Shown here in pieces: positions 53,650 to 62,469 of a stretch of DNA of 64,000 nt. A model generated the notes under the pieces. It did no database searches. It saw only the letters and a list, made by a program, of their open reading frames with translations, and had not been told where the DNA came from. The position numbers and the translations under genes are program-made. The DNA is from Nitrospirota bacterium. Its GTDB lineage: Bacteria > Nitrospirota > Nitrospiria > SBBL01 > JAADHI01. Within the stretch, counting starts at the first letter, position 1, and each line of letters starts with the position of its first letter. The stretch spans positions 104,874 to 168,873 of the forward strand of contig JAJDBU010000025.1 of assembly GCA_029261195.1 (NCBI GenBank), read 5' to 3'.

Positions 53650-54312
53650 AATGAAGTCAAGATCACTGTAGACGGGGCAACTCATGCTGTCCCGGAAGGC
53701 ATCACCGTTGTCCAGGCCATGTGGCATATCGGACGGGAGATGATGCACGACGTCGGCTGTCTGGGAGGCGCTTGCGGGGCCTGCGCCATCTCAGTTCGTT
53801 TCCCGGGTCGTTTTGATAACCAATGCTACCTGGCCTGTCAGACCCCTGTTGAGCATGGCATGACCATCGCTTTCATGCCCTCTGATGCCTCAAAAAAAGA
53901 AATCGCCCCCCTTCCCCGAACAGAGCCCGCAGAACAAGTCTTATTTCAGTATTACCCTGAAACGCGACGCTGTGTTGGATGCCGTTCCTGTAGTATGGTT
54001 TGCCCGGTAGGGATTGATGTCATGGGTGGCGTGCGTGCTGCAATTGCGGGCTTGCATCAGGATGTCGCAGATCGCTTTACAAACTGTGTGATGTGCGGAC
54101 TCTGTGCAGCAGTTTGTGGCGCAGGCATCCGGCCTCACCGTGTTGGAGCCTATACTCGACGTCTCACAGGTGCATTCTACGAAAAAGAAGCCACACAGCT
54201 ATTGGAACGGATCAATGAAATTGCATCAGGCGAATATCAAGACGAATGGAATACACTTCTATCTTCCGAGCTGAGCGATGCAAGAGAGGAAGTCTTGAAT
54301 GAATGTACTTGA
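53611..54312 (+). CDS. FrdB/SdhB-like iron-sulfur protein, paralog 2
   Basis: Cys patterns are CLGGACGAC..LAC, CVGCRSCSMVCP and CVMCGLCAAVC. It aligns by eye with paralog 1 along the full length, with many identical positions. Only TTG starts (53611 or 53647) are in frame, so the start is uncertain. Confidence 0.7.
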   Translation: MESQHFAWNLTILNEVKITVDGATHAVPEGITVVQAMWHIGREMMHDVGCLGGACGACAISVRFPGRFDNQCYLACQTPVEHGMTIAFMPSDASKKEIAPLPRTEPAEQVLFQYYPETRRCVGCRSCSMVCPVGIDVMGGVRAAIAGLHQDVADRFTNCVMCGLCAAVCGAGIRPHRVGAYTRRLTGAFYEKEATQLLERINEIASGEYQDEWNTLLSSELSDAREEVLNECT

Positions 54313-55885
54313 AATATCGAAGTTGAAGGTCGGCGAAACGCGTTCGAGCCGTTTAGATGAGACTCCTCCGAAACTTTCTCAGGCCGAAAAAGACGCGCTG
54401 GTTCAGCAGTATCACCCCGATTATATCAAAGAAGCCTACGGGACGATTCGAGTCGGTATGAACAAAGGCGAGCAGACGGTTCACCGTGTGGTAAGTCTTC
54501 TGGAAGGGGAAAGCCCCCTTGCCTCCGAATCTATTCGACTTGAAGCGAAACAGCAGGTCGATGTGCTGATTATCGGAGGGGGCGGCGCGGGTTCAATGGC
54601 CGCACTCGCCGCGAAAGCCTCTGGCGCAAGTGTTCTCATGACGACAAAGCTCCGCCTGGGAGATTCAAATACCGTTATGGCCGAAGGGGGGATGCAGGTG
54701 GCCGTGTCGCCTGAAGATTCTCCGGTGCGTCATTTCCTTGATTCTCTGCGCGGAGGTCAGATGGCCAACGATAAAATCCTACTAAAAACATTGGTTGAAG
54801 AAGGGCCCTCCGTCGTTAAGTGGTTGATTGACAACGGTGTGATGTTCGACAGAGAGGAAGATGGCAATTTAAGTCTTCGTCCGGGCGGGGGCAGCAGCAA
54901 GGCTCGGCTGGTTCGCTGTAAAGATTATACCGGTTTGGAACTCATGCGCGTCTTAAAAGATTGCGTTCTCAATGAACAGATTGAAGTCCTGGAATACATG
55001 CCCGTGCTTGAACTTTTGACGGATGAAGCCGGCGGATGCAGCGGTGCAATTTTAAAGAATCTGGATACGAATCAGCACTTCGTTGTTCAGGCGAAAACCG
55101 TGATTATAGCGACTGGCGGCATCGGACGGCTTCATATTCAGGGTTTTCCGACGAGCAACCATTATGGGGCCACCGGGGACGGCTTGCCGCTATCCTATCG
55201 GGCAGGCGCAAAATTAACGCTTCAGGATACCTTTCAATATCATCCAACCGGGGCGGTCTTCCCGGAAGCCATGGCCGGGATTCTGGTGACGGAAGCGATC
55301 CGTTCGGTCGGAGCGCATCTTTTGAATGTCAATGGAGATCGTTTTATCGGCGAGATGGAAACCCGTGATGCGGTGGCCTCTGCCATTATTCGGGAATGCG
55401 CGGAGGGACGGGGCGTCGAGACCCCTTCAGGTCGCAAAGGGGTCTGGCTCGACATGCCCCTGGTGGATACCTTGAATGGAGCGGGGACATTGGAGGATCG
55501 CTTTCCGAACATGGTGAAACAGTTTAGCCGTTATGAGATAGATATTACCAAAGAACCGGTTTTGATCTATCCGACGCTTCACTACCAAAACGGCGGTGTC
55601 GAGGTCGATGTGGACGGGGAGTCAGGCGTCAACAATCTTTTTGTGGCCGGAGAGGCCTCCGGGGGGCTTCATGGACGAAACCGTTTGATGGGAAACTCCC
55701 TGCTGGATATCATGGTCTACGGCAAACGCGCCGGAGAGGCTGCGGCAAAGCGTGCGACATCAACAGAATATAAGTCGATCACCTTGCAGCATCTTGATCG
55801 TTTCCACGAGGCGCAAAAAGAAGCAGGTGTAATACCGGATACCGTCTCTCCGATTCTCTTTCCTGATTATGTGAACAAAAGTTGA
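54299..55885 (+). CDS. Fumarate reductase/succinate dehydrogenase-family flavoprotein (short, NadB-sized)
   Basis: 528 aa. Contains DVLIIGGGGAGSMAALAA (FAD), FQYHPTG, PTLHYQNGGV and RNRLMGNSLLDIMVYGKRAG. 14-nt overlap with the upstream Fe-S gene. Confidence 0.8.
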   Translation: MNVLEISKLKVGETRSSRLDETPPKLSQAEKDALVQQYHPDYIKEAYGTIRVGMNKGEQTVHRVVSLLEGESPLASESIRLEAKQQVDVLIIGGGGAGSMAALAAKASGASVLMTTKLRLGDSNTVMAEGGMQVAVSPEDSPVRHFLDSLRGGQMANDKILLKTLVEEGPSVVKWLIDNGVMFDREEDGNLSLRPGGGSSKARLVRCKDYTGLELMRVLKDCVLNEQIEVLEYMPVLELLTDEAGGCSGAILKNLDTNQHFVVQAKTVIIATGGIGRLHIQGFPTSNHYGATGDGLPLSYRAGAKLTLQDTFQYHPTGAVFPEAMAGILVTEAIRSVGAHLLNVNGDRFIGEMETRDAVASAIIRECAEGRGVETPSGRKGVWLDMPLVDTLNGAGTLEDRFPNMVKQFSRYEIDITKEPVLIYPTLHYQNGGVEVDVDGESGVNNLFVAGEASGGLHGRNRLMGNSLLDIMVYGKRAGEAAAKRATSTEYKSITLQHLDRFHEAQKEAGVIPDTVSPILFPDYVNKS

Positions 55886-55938
55886 TGTTTGAAAATCTAT
55901 TTGATGGTCTTTTCACCGTATGATAAAGGACAAAAACG

Positions 55939-57099
55939 ATGAACATACATGAATATCAGGCGAAGGCCCTGTTTAAAAAATACAATATCCCGGTTCCAAA
56001 GGGCGGGGTTGCCTTTTCTCCGGATGAAGCGGCGACCGTTGCCGCTACGCTCGAAACCCCTGTTTGTGTTGTTAAGGCACAGATTCATGCGGGAGGACGA
56101 GGGAAAGCCGGTGGCGTGAAATTGGCTAAAACAAGGGATGAAGTCATTCCGCTTGCCAATGAAATCCTCGGGAAAATCCTTGTGACCCCGCAAACCGGCC
56201 CGGAAGGGAAAGAAGTCAAAAAACTGCTGATTGAAGAAGGAGCCGATATCCAAAACGAACTCTACCTCAGTCTGGTTGCCGACCGTGGAACGGGTTCCAT
56301 CGTCATTATCGCCAGTACGGAAGGCGGCATGGAGATCGAAGAGGTCGCAGAGGAGACGCCTGAAAAGATCATCCGGCTTTCCGTCGATCCGGCTTTTGGT
56401 TTTCAGGCTTATGAGGGTCGATCCGTCGCCTTCCAGATGGGCTTGCCAAAAGAAGTGATCGGACAATTTGTGAAGTTGCTGGGCAATCTCTACCGGCTTT
56501 TTGTTGATAAAGGGGCGATGCAGATCGAGATCAACCCGCTCATTATTACCGGAGACAATAAACTGGTCGCATTGGATGCAAAGGTGGGTTTTGATGAAAG
56601 CGCACTTTTTAAAAACCCGGAGATTAGTGAACTGCGTGATTTGGAAGAAGAAGATCCCCTTGAAACACGCGCCTCACAGCATGGTCTGAACTATGTCAAA
56701 CTGGATGGTAAAATCGGCTGCATGGTTAATGGCGCGGGACTGGCGATGTCGACGATGGATGTCATCAAATTGGCCGGTTCAGAACCTGCGAATTTTTTGG
56801 ATGTGGGCGGCGGGGCCTCGAAAGAAACCGTCAAACAGGCCTTTCAAATCCTGATGGATGATCCGAACGTGGAGGGCGTGTTTGTCAATATCTTTGGTGG
56901 CATCGTGCGCTGTGAGCGGATTGCAGGCGGCATTATCGATGCCGCGAAAGAGATCGAACTGAATGTTCCCTTGGTGGTGCGTTTACAAGGAACCAATGCT
57001 GAAGAAGCGAAAGACCTGCTTGCCGCGTCTGACGTGAAGCTGACGGTTGCCGATACCCTGTGGGATGGGGCGCAGAAAATCGTCGCCGCCGTGAGTTGA
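55939..57099 (+). CDS. sucC: Succinyl-CoA synthetase beta subunit
   Basis: 386 aa. Starts [20 protein letters not shown], with an ATP-grasp and the [14 protein letters not shown] motif. Confidence 0.95.
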   Translation: MNIHEYQAKALFKKYNIPVPKGGVAFSPDEAATVAATLETPVCVVKAQIHAGGRGKAGGVKLAKTRDEVIPLANEILGKILVTPQTGPEGKEVKKLLIEEGADIQNELYLSLVADRGTGSIVIIASTEGGMEIEEVAEETPEKIIRLSVDPAFGFQAYEGRSVAFQMGLPKEVIGQFVKLLGNLYRLFVDKGAMQIEINPLIITGDNKLVALDAKVGFDESALFKNPEISELRDLEEEDPLETRASQHGLNYVKLDGKIGCMVNGAGLAMSTMDVIKLAGSEPANFLDVGGGASKETVKQAFQILMDDPNVEGVFVNIFGGIVRCERIAGGIIDAAKEIELNVPLVVRLQGTNAEEAKDLLAASDVKLTVADTLWDGAQKIVAAVS

Positions 57100-57129
57100 T
57101 TTGCTCAAATATTAAGCGAAGGAGTTCCC

Positions 57130-58002
57130 ATGTCTATTTTAGTGAATAAAGATTCAAAAATACTGGTCCAGGGGATTACGGGGAAAGAAGGCTCTTTTCA
57201 TGCCTCTGCCTGCAAAGCCTATGGCACTCAGGTGGTCGCGGGTGTGACCCCCGGAAAAGGGGGTAATGATTTTGAGGGCATCCCTGTTTTTAATACCGTT
57301 GAATCAGCGGCGATTCAAACAGGTGCTGATGTCGCCTTGATTTTTGTCCCGCCGCCTTTTGCAGCCGATGCCATTATGGAAGCGGCGGCTGCCAGTATCC
57401 CGCTCATTATCTGTATTACCGAAGGCATCCCCCTCATGGACATGATGCGCGTGAAAAAGTTTTTGGAAGGGAAACCCGTGCGTCTTATCGGCCCGAACTG
57501 TCCCGGCATCATCACTCCGGAAGAATGCAAGATCGGCATCATGCCCGGATTTATCCACAAAAAAGGCAATGTCGGCGTGGTTTCGCGAAGTGGCACTTTG
57601 ACCTATGAAGCCGTCTGGCAATTGACCGAACGGGGACTGGGTCAAACGACCTGCATCGGAATCGGAGGAGATCCGGTCAACGGCACCAACTTTGTCGATG
57701 TTTTGTCGATGTTTGAAAAAGATGGTGAGACCGAAGCGATTGTCATGATCGGTGAAATCGGCGGCGATGCCGAAGAGACAGCGGCGGCATTTATCAAAGA
57801 AAATGTGACGAAACCGGTAGTCGCCTTTATTGCGGGTATGACCGCTCCTCCAGGCCGACGTATGGGACATGCGGGCGCCATTATCTCAGGTGGAAAAGGC
57901 ACAGCGGCGGACAAAATGTCGGCTCTGGAAGCTGCGGGCGTGACTGTTGTCAAAAACCCTGCAATGATCGGTGAAGCGATAGAACTTAGTCTGACCACCT
58001 AG
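57130..58002 (+). CDS. sucD: Succinyl-CoA synthetase alpha subunit
   Basis: 290 aa. Contains [21 protein letters not shown] and the [15 protein letters not shown] phosphohistidine loop. Confidence 0.95.
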   Translation: MSILVNKDSKILVQGITGKEGSFHASACKAYGTQVVAGVTPGKGGNDFEGIPVFNTVESAAIQTGADVALIFVPPPFAADAIMEAAAASIPLIICITEGIPLMDMMRVKKFLEGKPVRLIGPNCPGIITPEECKIGIMPGFIHKKGNVGVVSRSGTLTYEAVWQLTERGLGQTTCIGIGGDPVNGTNFVDVLSMFEKDGETEAIVMIGEIGGDAEETAAAFIKENVTKPVVAFIAGMTAPPGRRMGHAGAIISGGKGTAADKMSALEAAGVTVVKNPAMIGEAIELSLTT

Positions 58003-58081
58003 CTGTGGTGAGATTTTGGCTTGATTTTTCTTACGGACTCGTCCCCCTTTCTTTTCGGAAAATCCCACTTGAACTCAGAGC

Positions 58082-58873
58082 ATGAATGATCACCTGAAGG
58101 CCGTCCTCCTGGGTTTGGTGGAAGGTTTAACCGAGTTCATCCCGGTTTCTTCGACCGGACATCTCATCGTTACGGGCGATCTATTACAATTTAAAGGCAA
58201 TACGGCTTCCACCTTTGAAGTCTTCATCCAGCTTGGGGCAATCCTTGCTGTCGTCTTCCTCTACAAAGAACGATTCGTAGGTCTGCTTGATTTAAAAAAA
58301 AAGGTCGGCCTTTCCGGCATGAATGGTCTCATTCTGCTCGCCATTACAACAGCCCCGGCCCTCGTTTTTGGATTCCTCGTGCATGGCTATATTAAAACCT
58401 ACCTGTTTAATCCTTTTACCGTTGCGCTGGGTTTGGGCGTGGGCGGACTGATTATGATTGTGGCCGAACAAAAGCTCCCCGTATCAAAAATCAACAAAGT
58501 GGATGAATTAAAACCACGAGATGCCTTGTTGGTGGGACTGTTTCAATGTCTTGCCATGTGGCCGGGCGTGTCTCGTTCAGGGGCGACGATTGTGGGAGGA
58601 ATGCTGGTGGGTATTGAACGTAAAACAGCCGCAGAGTATTCTTTTTTAGCCGCAGTGCCGGTGATGTGTGCTGCGACCATTTATGATCTTTACAAAAGTC
58701 GGGCATTCTTATCGACCTCTGATATTCCAATTTTCATGATTGGTTTTGTCGTGTCATTTATTTCCGCATGGTTTGCCGTGAAGTTTTTCATTCACTTGCT
58801 GGGGAAATGTACCTTGAAACCCTTTGGATGGTATCGCATTGGTATTGCTGTGTTGATTTTGGTTTTTTTATAA
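58082..58873 (+). CDS. uppP: Undecaprenyl-diphosphate phosphatase
   Basis: 263 aa. Contains GLVEGLTEFIPVSSTGHL and PGVSRSGATI, the BacA/UppP signature. Confidence 0.9.
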   Translation: MNDHLKAVLLGLVEGLTEFIPVSSTGHLIVTGDLLQFKGNTASTFEVFIQLGAILAVVFLYKERFVGLLDLKKKVGLSGMNGLILLAITTAPALVFGFLVHGYIKTYLFNPFTVALGLGVGGLIMIVAEQKLPVSKINKVDELKPRDALLVGLFQCLAMWPGVSRSGATIVGGMLVGIERKTAAEYSFLAAVPVMCAATIYDLYKSRAFLSTSDIPIFMIGFVVSFISAWFAVKFFIHLLGKCTLKPFGWYRIGIAVLILVFL

Positions 58874-59023
58874 GAGCATGCCTTGTAACGCGTGCCCTTA
58901 TAAAAATCTGAGCGCTCAGTGTATGAAACAATAATCAAGTTTAGCCTTCCTTTCGTTGAAGCTCTGATTTGATTGTCGTATGATCTCCTTAATTTAATGT
59001 CCAAGTTTTAAGGAGGATTACAT

Positions 59024-59680
59024 ATGATCAGTTCACTTCAGTGGGAAGAGATTCCGTCTTCCGGTACGGCCAAGTCCTGTGCTATTTTTCTGCATGGTCG
59101 GGGGACAGACGGTGAGGATCTCATGCCGCTTGCCGAGGCCTTTAATCTTCCAGAACTTCGCTTTGTTTTTCCACATGCCCCTTTCCCCTGTCCCGACCTG
59201 CCCGGAGGACGAATGTGGTTCGGCCCTGCTTCTGAGGGCACACCGGGTATTTCGAAAAGTCAGTACCTGTTGAGCGGCCTCATCGAAAAGCTGATTCAAG
59301 GTGATGAGGAAAATCCCGGAATAAAAGCTGAAAAAATATTTCTGTTGGGATTTTCGCAAGGGGCAGTCATGGCCCTGGATGTCGGCTTGCGCTTTCCTGA
59401 ACGACTGGGGGGGATTGCCGCCTTGAGCGGATTTATGTCAGCACCGGAAGTCTTGATGGAGGAAAAATCACAAGCCTCACTGAGTGTGCCTGTTTTGCTG
59501 CTGCACGGGACGGAGGATCAGGTTGTGCGGATCGAGGGCTCCCGCCGGGCCTATGCCCTGCTTTCAAAGGCCGGGTACGATGTGCAGATTAAGGAATATC
59601 GGATGGCGCATCAGATTATAGGAGATGAGATTGCCCTGCTTCGGAACGAGATGATCAAATATCTCTCATTACCTGAATAA
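59024..59680 (+). CDS. Phospholipase/carboxylesterase-family alpha/beta hydrolase
   Basis: 218 aa. Contains the GFSQGA nucleophile elbow, LLLHGTEDQVV and a late His (MAHQI). Confidence 0.8.
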   Translation: MISSLQWEEIPSSGTAKSCAIFLHGRGTDGEDLMPLAEAFNLPELRFVFPHAPFPCPDLPGGRMWFGPASEGTPGISKSQYLLSGLIEKLIQGDEENPGIKAEKIFLLGFSQGAVMALDVGLRFPERLGGIAALSGFMSAPEVLMEEKSQASLSVPVLLLHGTEDQVVRIEGSRRAYALLSKAGYDVQIKEYRMAHQIIGDEIALLRNEMIKYLSLPE

Positions 59681-59688
59681 CAAATACG

Positions 59689-60693
59689 ATGCAAAAACAA
59701 ATGAAGGCCATGCTCTTTACAGGAGCAGGCTTACCACTCCAACCTGCTGAACTGCCAGTGCCTTCTCCGGGCAAAGGAGAGGTGCTAATTGCTGTTCGGG
59801 CCTGCGGTGTCTGCCGGACGGATTTGCATATTTACGAGGGGGAACTCACTGAGACTTTGAATCCCCTGGTTTTGGGTCATGAAATTGTCGGTGTTGTTGC
59901 GGCGCTAGGGGAGGGGGTTCAGGATTTTTCATTGGGAGATCGTATCGGAGTACCCTGGCTCGGAAAAAGTTGTGGACTGTGTGCTTATTGCCAAAGTAAT
60001 CGAGAAAATCTTTGTGACCAACCTGGTTTTACGGGTTATCAAATTAACGGAGGTTATGCAGAATATACGGTGGCCGATGCCCGTTTCTGTATTGCGATTC
60101 CTGATGTTTATTCCGACGCAGAGGCCGCACCGTTGCTCTGCGCCGGTTTAATCGGATACCGTTCTCTCAGGATGGCGGGAGACGCAAAAAAAATCGGTCT
60201 CTACGGTTTTGGCGCTGCGGCGCACATCGTGGCCCAGATCGCTGTTTTTGAACATAAAGAAGTCTATGCTTTTACGCGTCAAGGTGATAGCCGTGCGCAA
60301 AGCTTCGCTAAGAGGCTCGGTGCACATTGGGCCGGTAACTCAGAAAGCCTTCCGCCGGTGCAACTGGACGCCGCTATTATTTTCGCTCCGGTCGGTGCGC
60401 TCGTTCCGCTTGCTCTGCGCGCGCTGGGCAAAGGAGGTGTTGTTGTCTGTGCCGGTATTCACATGAGCAGGATTCCCGAATTTCCCTACGATCTACTCTG
60501 GGGAGAACGAATGATCCGCTCGGTCTCCAATCTGACGCGGCAAGATGGCCATGTATTCTTTGAACTTGCCCCGAAGATTCCTGTGCGAACGGAAGTAGAA
60601 ATCTTTCCACTTGCCTCAGCTGACAGGGCACTGGCTCGCTTGAAAAATGGAAAAATACAGGGGGCGGCGGTACTGGTGATGCCGGGACATTGA
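59689..60693 (+). CDS. Zinc-dependent alcohol dehydrogenase (MDR family)
   Basis: 334 aa. Contains CGVCRTDLH, GHEIVG, the structural Zn site CGLCAYCQSNRENLC and GLYGFGAAAH (NAD). Confidence 0.85.
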   Translation: MQKQMKAMLFTGAGLPLQPAELPVPSPGKGEVLIAVRACGVCRTDLHIYEGELTETLNPLVLGHEIVGVVAALGEGVQDFSLGDRIGVPWLGKSCGLCAYCQSNRENLCDQPGFTGYQINGGYAEYTVADARFCIAIPDVYSDAEAAPLLCAGLIGYRSLRMAGDAKKIGLYGFGAAAHIVAQIAVFEHKEVYAFTRQGDSRAQSFAKRLGAHWAGNSESLPPVQLDAAIIFAPVGALVPLALRALGKGGVVVCAGIHMSRIPEFPYDLLWGERMIRSVSNLTRQDGHVFFELAPKIPVRTEVEIFPLASADRALARLKNGKIQGAAVLVMPGH

Positions 60694-60729
60694 TATATTT
60701 ATTGTACTTTTTAACGATAAGGATGCTGT

Positions 60730-60963
60730 ATGAAAAAGTTTGCTGGGAGTTTAAAAGTTCTGTTTGCCACAACCCTGTTTTTTTCGGCCCTTTCCTGCTC
60801 AAATCCTGAAGGAAAGAGTGCAGACCTCTATGAAACGGCTCAGTTTGAAGAAGCGCAGGATAATTTAAAGCACGCCAAGGCACTCTATGAAGAGATTATT
60901 AAATCATATCCAAAATCATCTCTTGCGCCCAAGGCTAAAGAAAGGCTTGAGGCACTTAAATGA
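60730..60963 (+). CDS. Small lipoprotein (hypothetical, TPR-like helix pair)
   Basis: 77 aa. Lipobox FFSALSC|SNPEG. Contains LKHAKALYEEIIKSYPKSSLAPKAKERL. Confidence 0.5.
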   Translation: MKKFAGSLKVLFATTLFFSALSCSNPEGKSADLYETAQFEEAQDNLKHAKALYEEIIKSYPKSSLAPKAKERLEALK

Positions 60964-61244
60964 ATGAGGATCACCGGAGTGAAGCAAAGGAATTTATATG
61001 ATTTTCAATAAAGTATTGACCAATATCTGGGGGCAAATATAAAAGATTGTCCACATATTGTGTCAATGGCTGTTGATGATTTTTTTAAATTTTCCTCTCT
61101 TTTTGTATATTCTGGAAATATTGGATGTTTCATTCTTAAGTATTTGATTTTATTTAGTTTTTATCTTATTTTTTTTGTGCCTCATTCTTATGCAATCAGC
61201 TGATTAAGTACTAATATCAAGGGTTTTTGGAGTATTCATGGCAA

Positions 61245-61278
61245 TTATCCTCAAGTTATCCACAGTAACTGTGGAGAA
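61245..61278. promoter_or_regulatory. Cluster of three DnaA-box-like 9-mers
   Basis: TTATCCTCA (61245..61253, 8/9), TTATCCACA (61256..61264, 9/9) and the inverted TGTGGAGAA (61270..61278, 8/9). A further TTGTCCACA lies at 61047..61055, with an AT-rich tract of ~125 bp in between. Confidence 0.4.
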
Positions 61279-61329
61279 AAAGCATTTCTGTTTACAAAGA
61301 AAAGAGCGAGACTGTATATTGTGCCAGCC

Positions 61330-62454
61330 ATGCTGAGCCGATTAGATCGTTATTTCCTCAAAGAGCTGATTGTCCCCTTTGCCTTGGGGCTGATAATCCT
61401 GACTTTTATCCTCATTATGCAGCAGGCGCTTATCCTTATGGAGCTGGTATTGGACAAGGGGGTCGACCTCTTGAGCATTGCCACCCTGTTTTTGCATCTT
61501 CTCCCGGCTTTTTTCCTGATTACCATTCCGATGGCGGTGATGTTATCGACCGTAACGACCTTTAACCGCTTGTCGGCAGACAATGAAATTATTGCCCTTC
61601 ACGCGGGGGGAATCAGTTTCTTTCGCTTCCTTCGTCCTGTCATTCTTTTTGCATTACTTGTGTCATCTTTGACCTTGGTGATGGGTTTCAATACCGATTC
61701 TGTCAAGGGCGCATCGAAAAAGTTTGCGGTAAAACTATTAATGAAGCGAGCAAGTCTTGGACTCGAAGCGGGTGTCTTTAACAATCTTTTTCCCGGCATG
61801 ATGATTTACGTTGAATCGATGCCGACTTTTTCAGAACTTGCAGGGGTGTTTATCTACGATCAAAGAAATCCGTCGAGGCCCACGGTCATCGTGGCGAAAA
61901 AAGGGAATCTGATCAATGATGAAGCCGAGAAAACAGTTCGCCTGAATCTTGTTGACGGCTCCCTTCAGCAAGGAGAAAAGGGGAGTCAGCGCTACCAGCG
62001 CATGGTGTTTGGGCATTACGAACTCAAAATTGACCTGCCACAACTGATGCACGAGCAAAGTGAGGTCAAAAGTCTGAGTCTCGCCGAAATTAAACATCGC
62101 ATTGACGAATCAAAGGAGGTGAATACCCGCGATCTCCGCCTTCTTTCAGACTATTACAAACGCTTTGTATTCGCATTTGCCGCCATTCTTTTTTGTTTGA
62201 TGGGAATGCCACTCGGCATCCTTTCCGGTCGACTCTCCCGCCTGGGTGGTTTTGCTGTGGGCATCGTTATCATACTGATTTATTACATGTTGATGACCTT
62301 GGGCGACTATCTCATATCACTTCAAGTCATAACGCCTCTGGTGGCTGCGGTGTTTCCAGTACTGGTCCTCATCCCCTTTTGCATCTTTCTTTTAAAATGC
62401 ATTGCATCCGACGTCTCACCCACAATTTTCGGTATCGCAAGTAAGAGACCATAA
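61330..62454 (+). CDS. LptF/LptG-family LPS export permease
   Basis: Starts MLSRLDRYFLKELIVPFALGL. Six TM segments with a periplasmic beta-jellyroll region. The track start GTG 61321 is also possible. Confidence 0.8.
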   Translation: MLSRLDRYFLKELIVPFALGLIILTFILIMQQALILMELVLDKGVDLLSIATLFLHLLPAFFLITIPMAVMLSTVTTFNRLSADNEIIALHAGGISFFRFLRPVILFALLVSSLTLVMGFNTDSVKGASKKFAVKLLMKRASLGLEAGVFNNLFPGMMIYVESMPTFSELAGVFIYDQRNPSRPTVIVAKKGNLINDEAEKTVRLNLVDGSLQQGEKGSQRYQRMVFGHYELKIDLPQLMHEQSEVKSLSLAEIKHRIDESKEVNTRDLRLLSDYYKRFVFAFAAILFCLMGMPLGILSGRLSRLGGFAVGIVIILIYYMLMTLGDYLISLQVITPLVAAVFPVLVLIPFCIFLLKCIASDVSPTIFGIASKRP

Positions 62455-62469
62455 GAGTAAAATTGAGAC

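Noticed and set aside
55939-58002. Could sucC/sucD-like genes be citryl-CoA synthetase (CcsAB) instead?
   Set aside because: A complete two-subunit ATP-citrate lyase, with its fused lyase domain, is encoded 8 kb upstream in the same block, and no separate citryl-CoA lyase gene is present. Sizes and motifs fit ordinary succinyl-CoA synthetase. Phylogeny would be needed for certainty.
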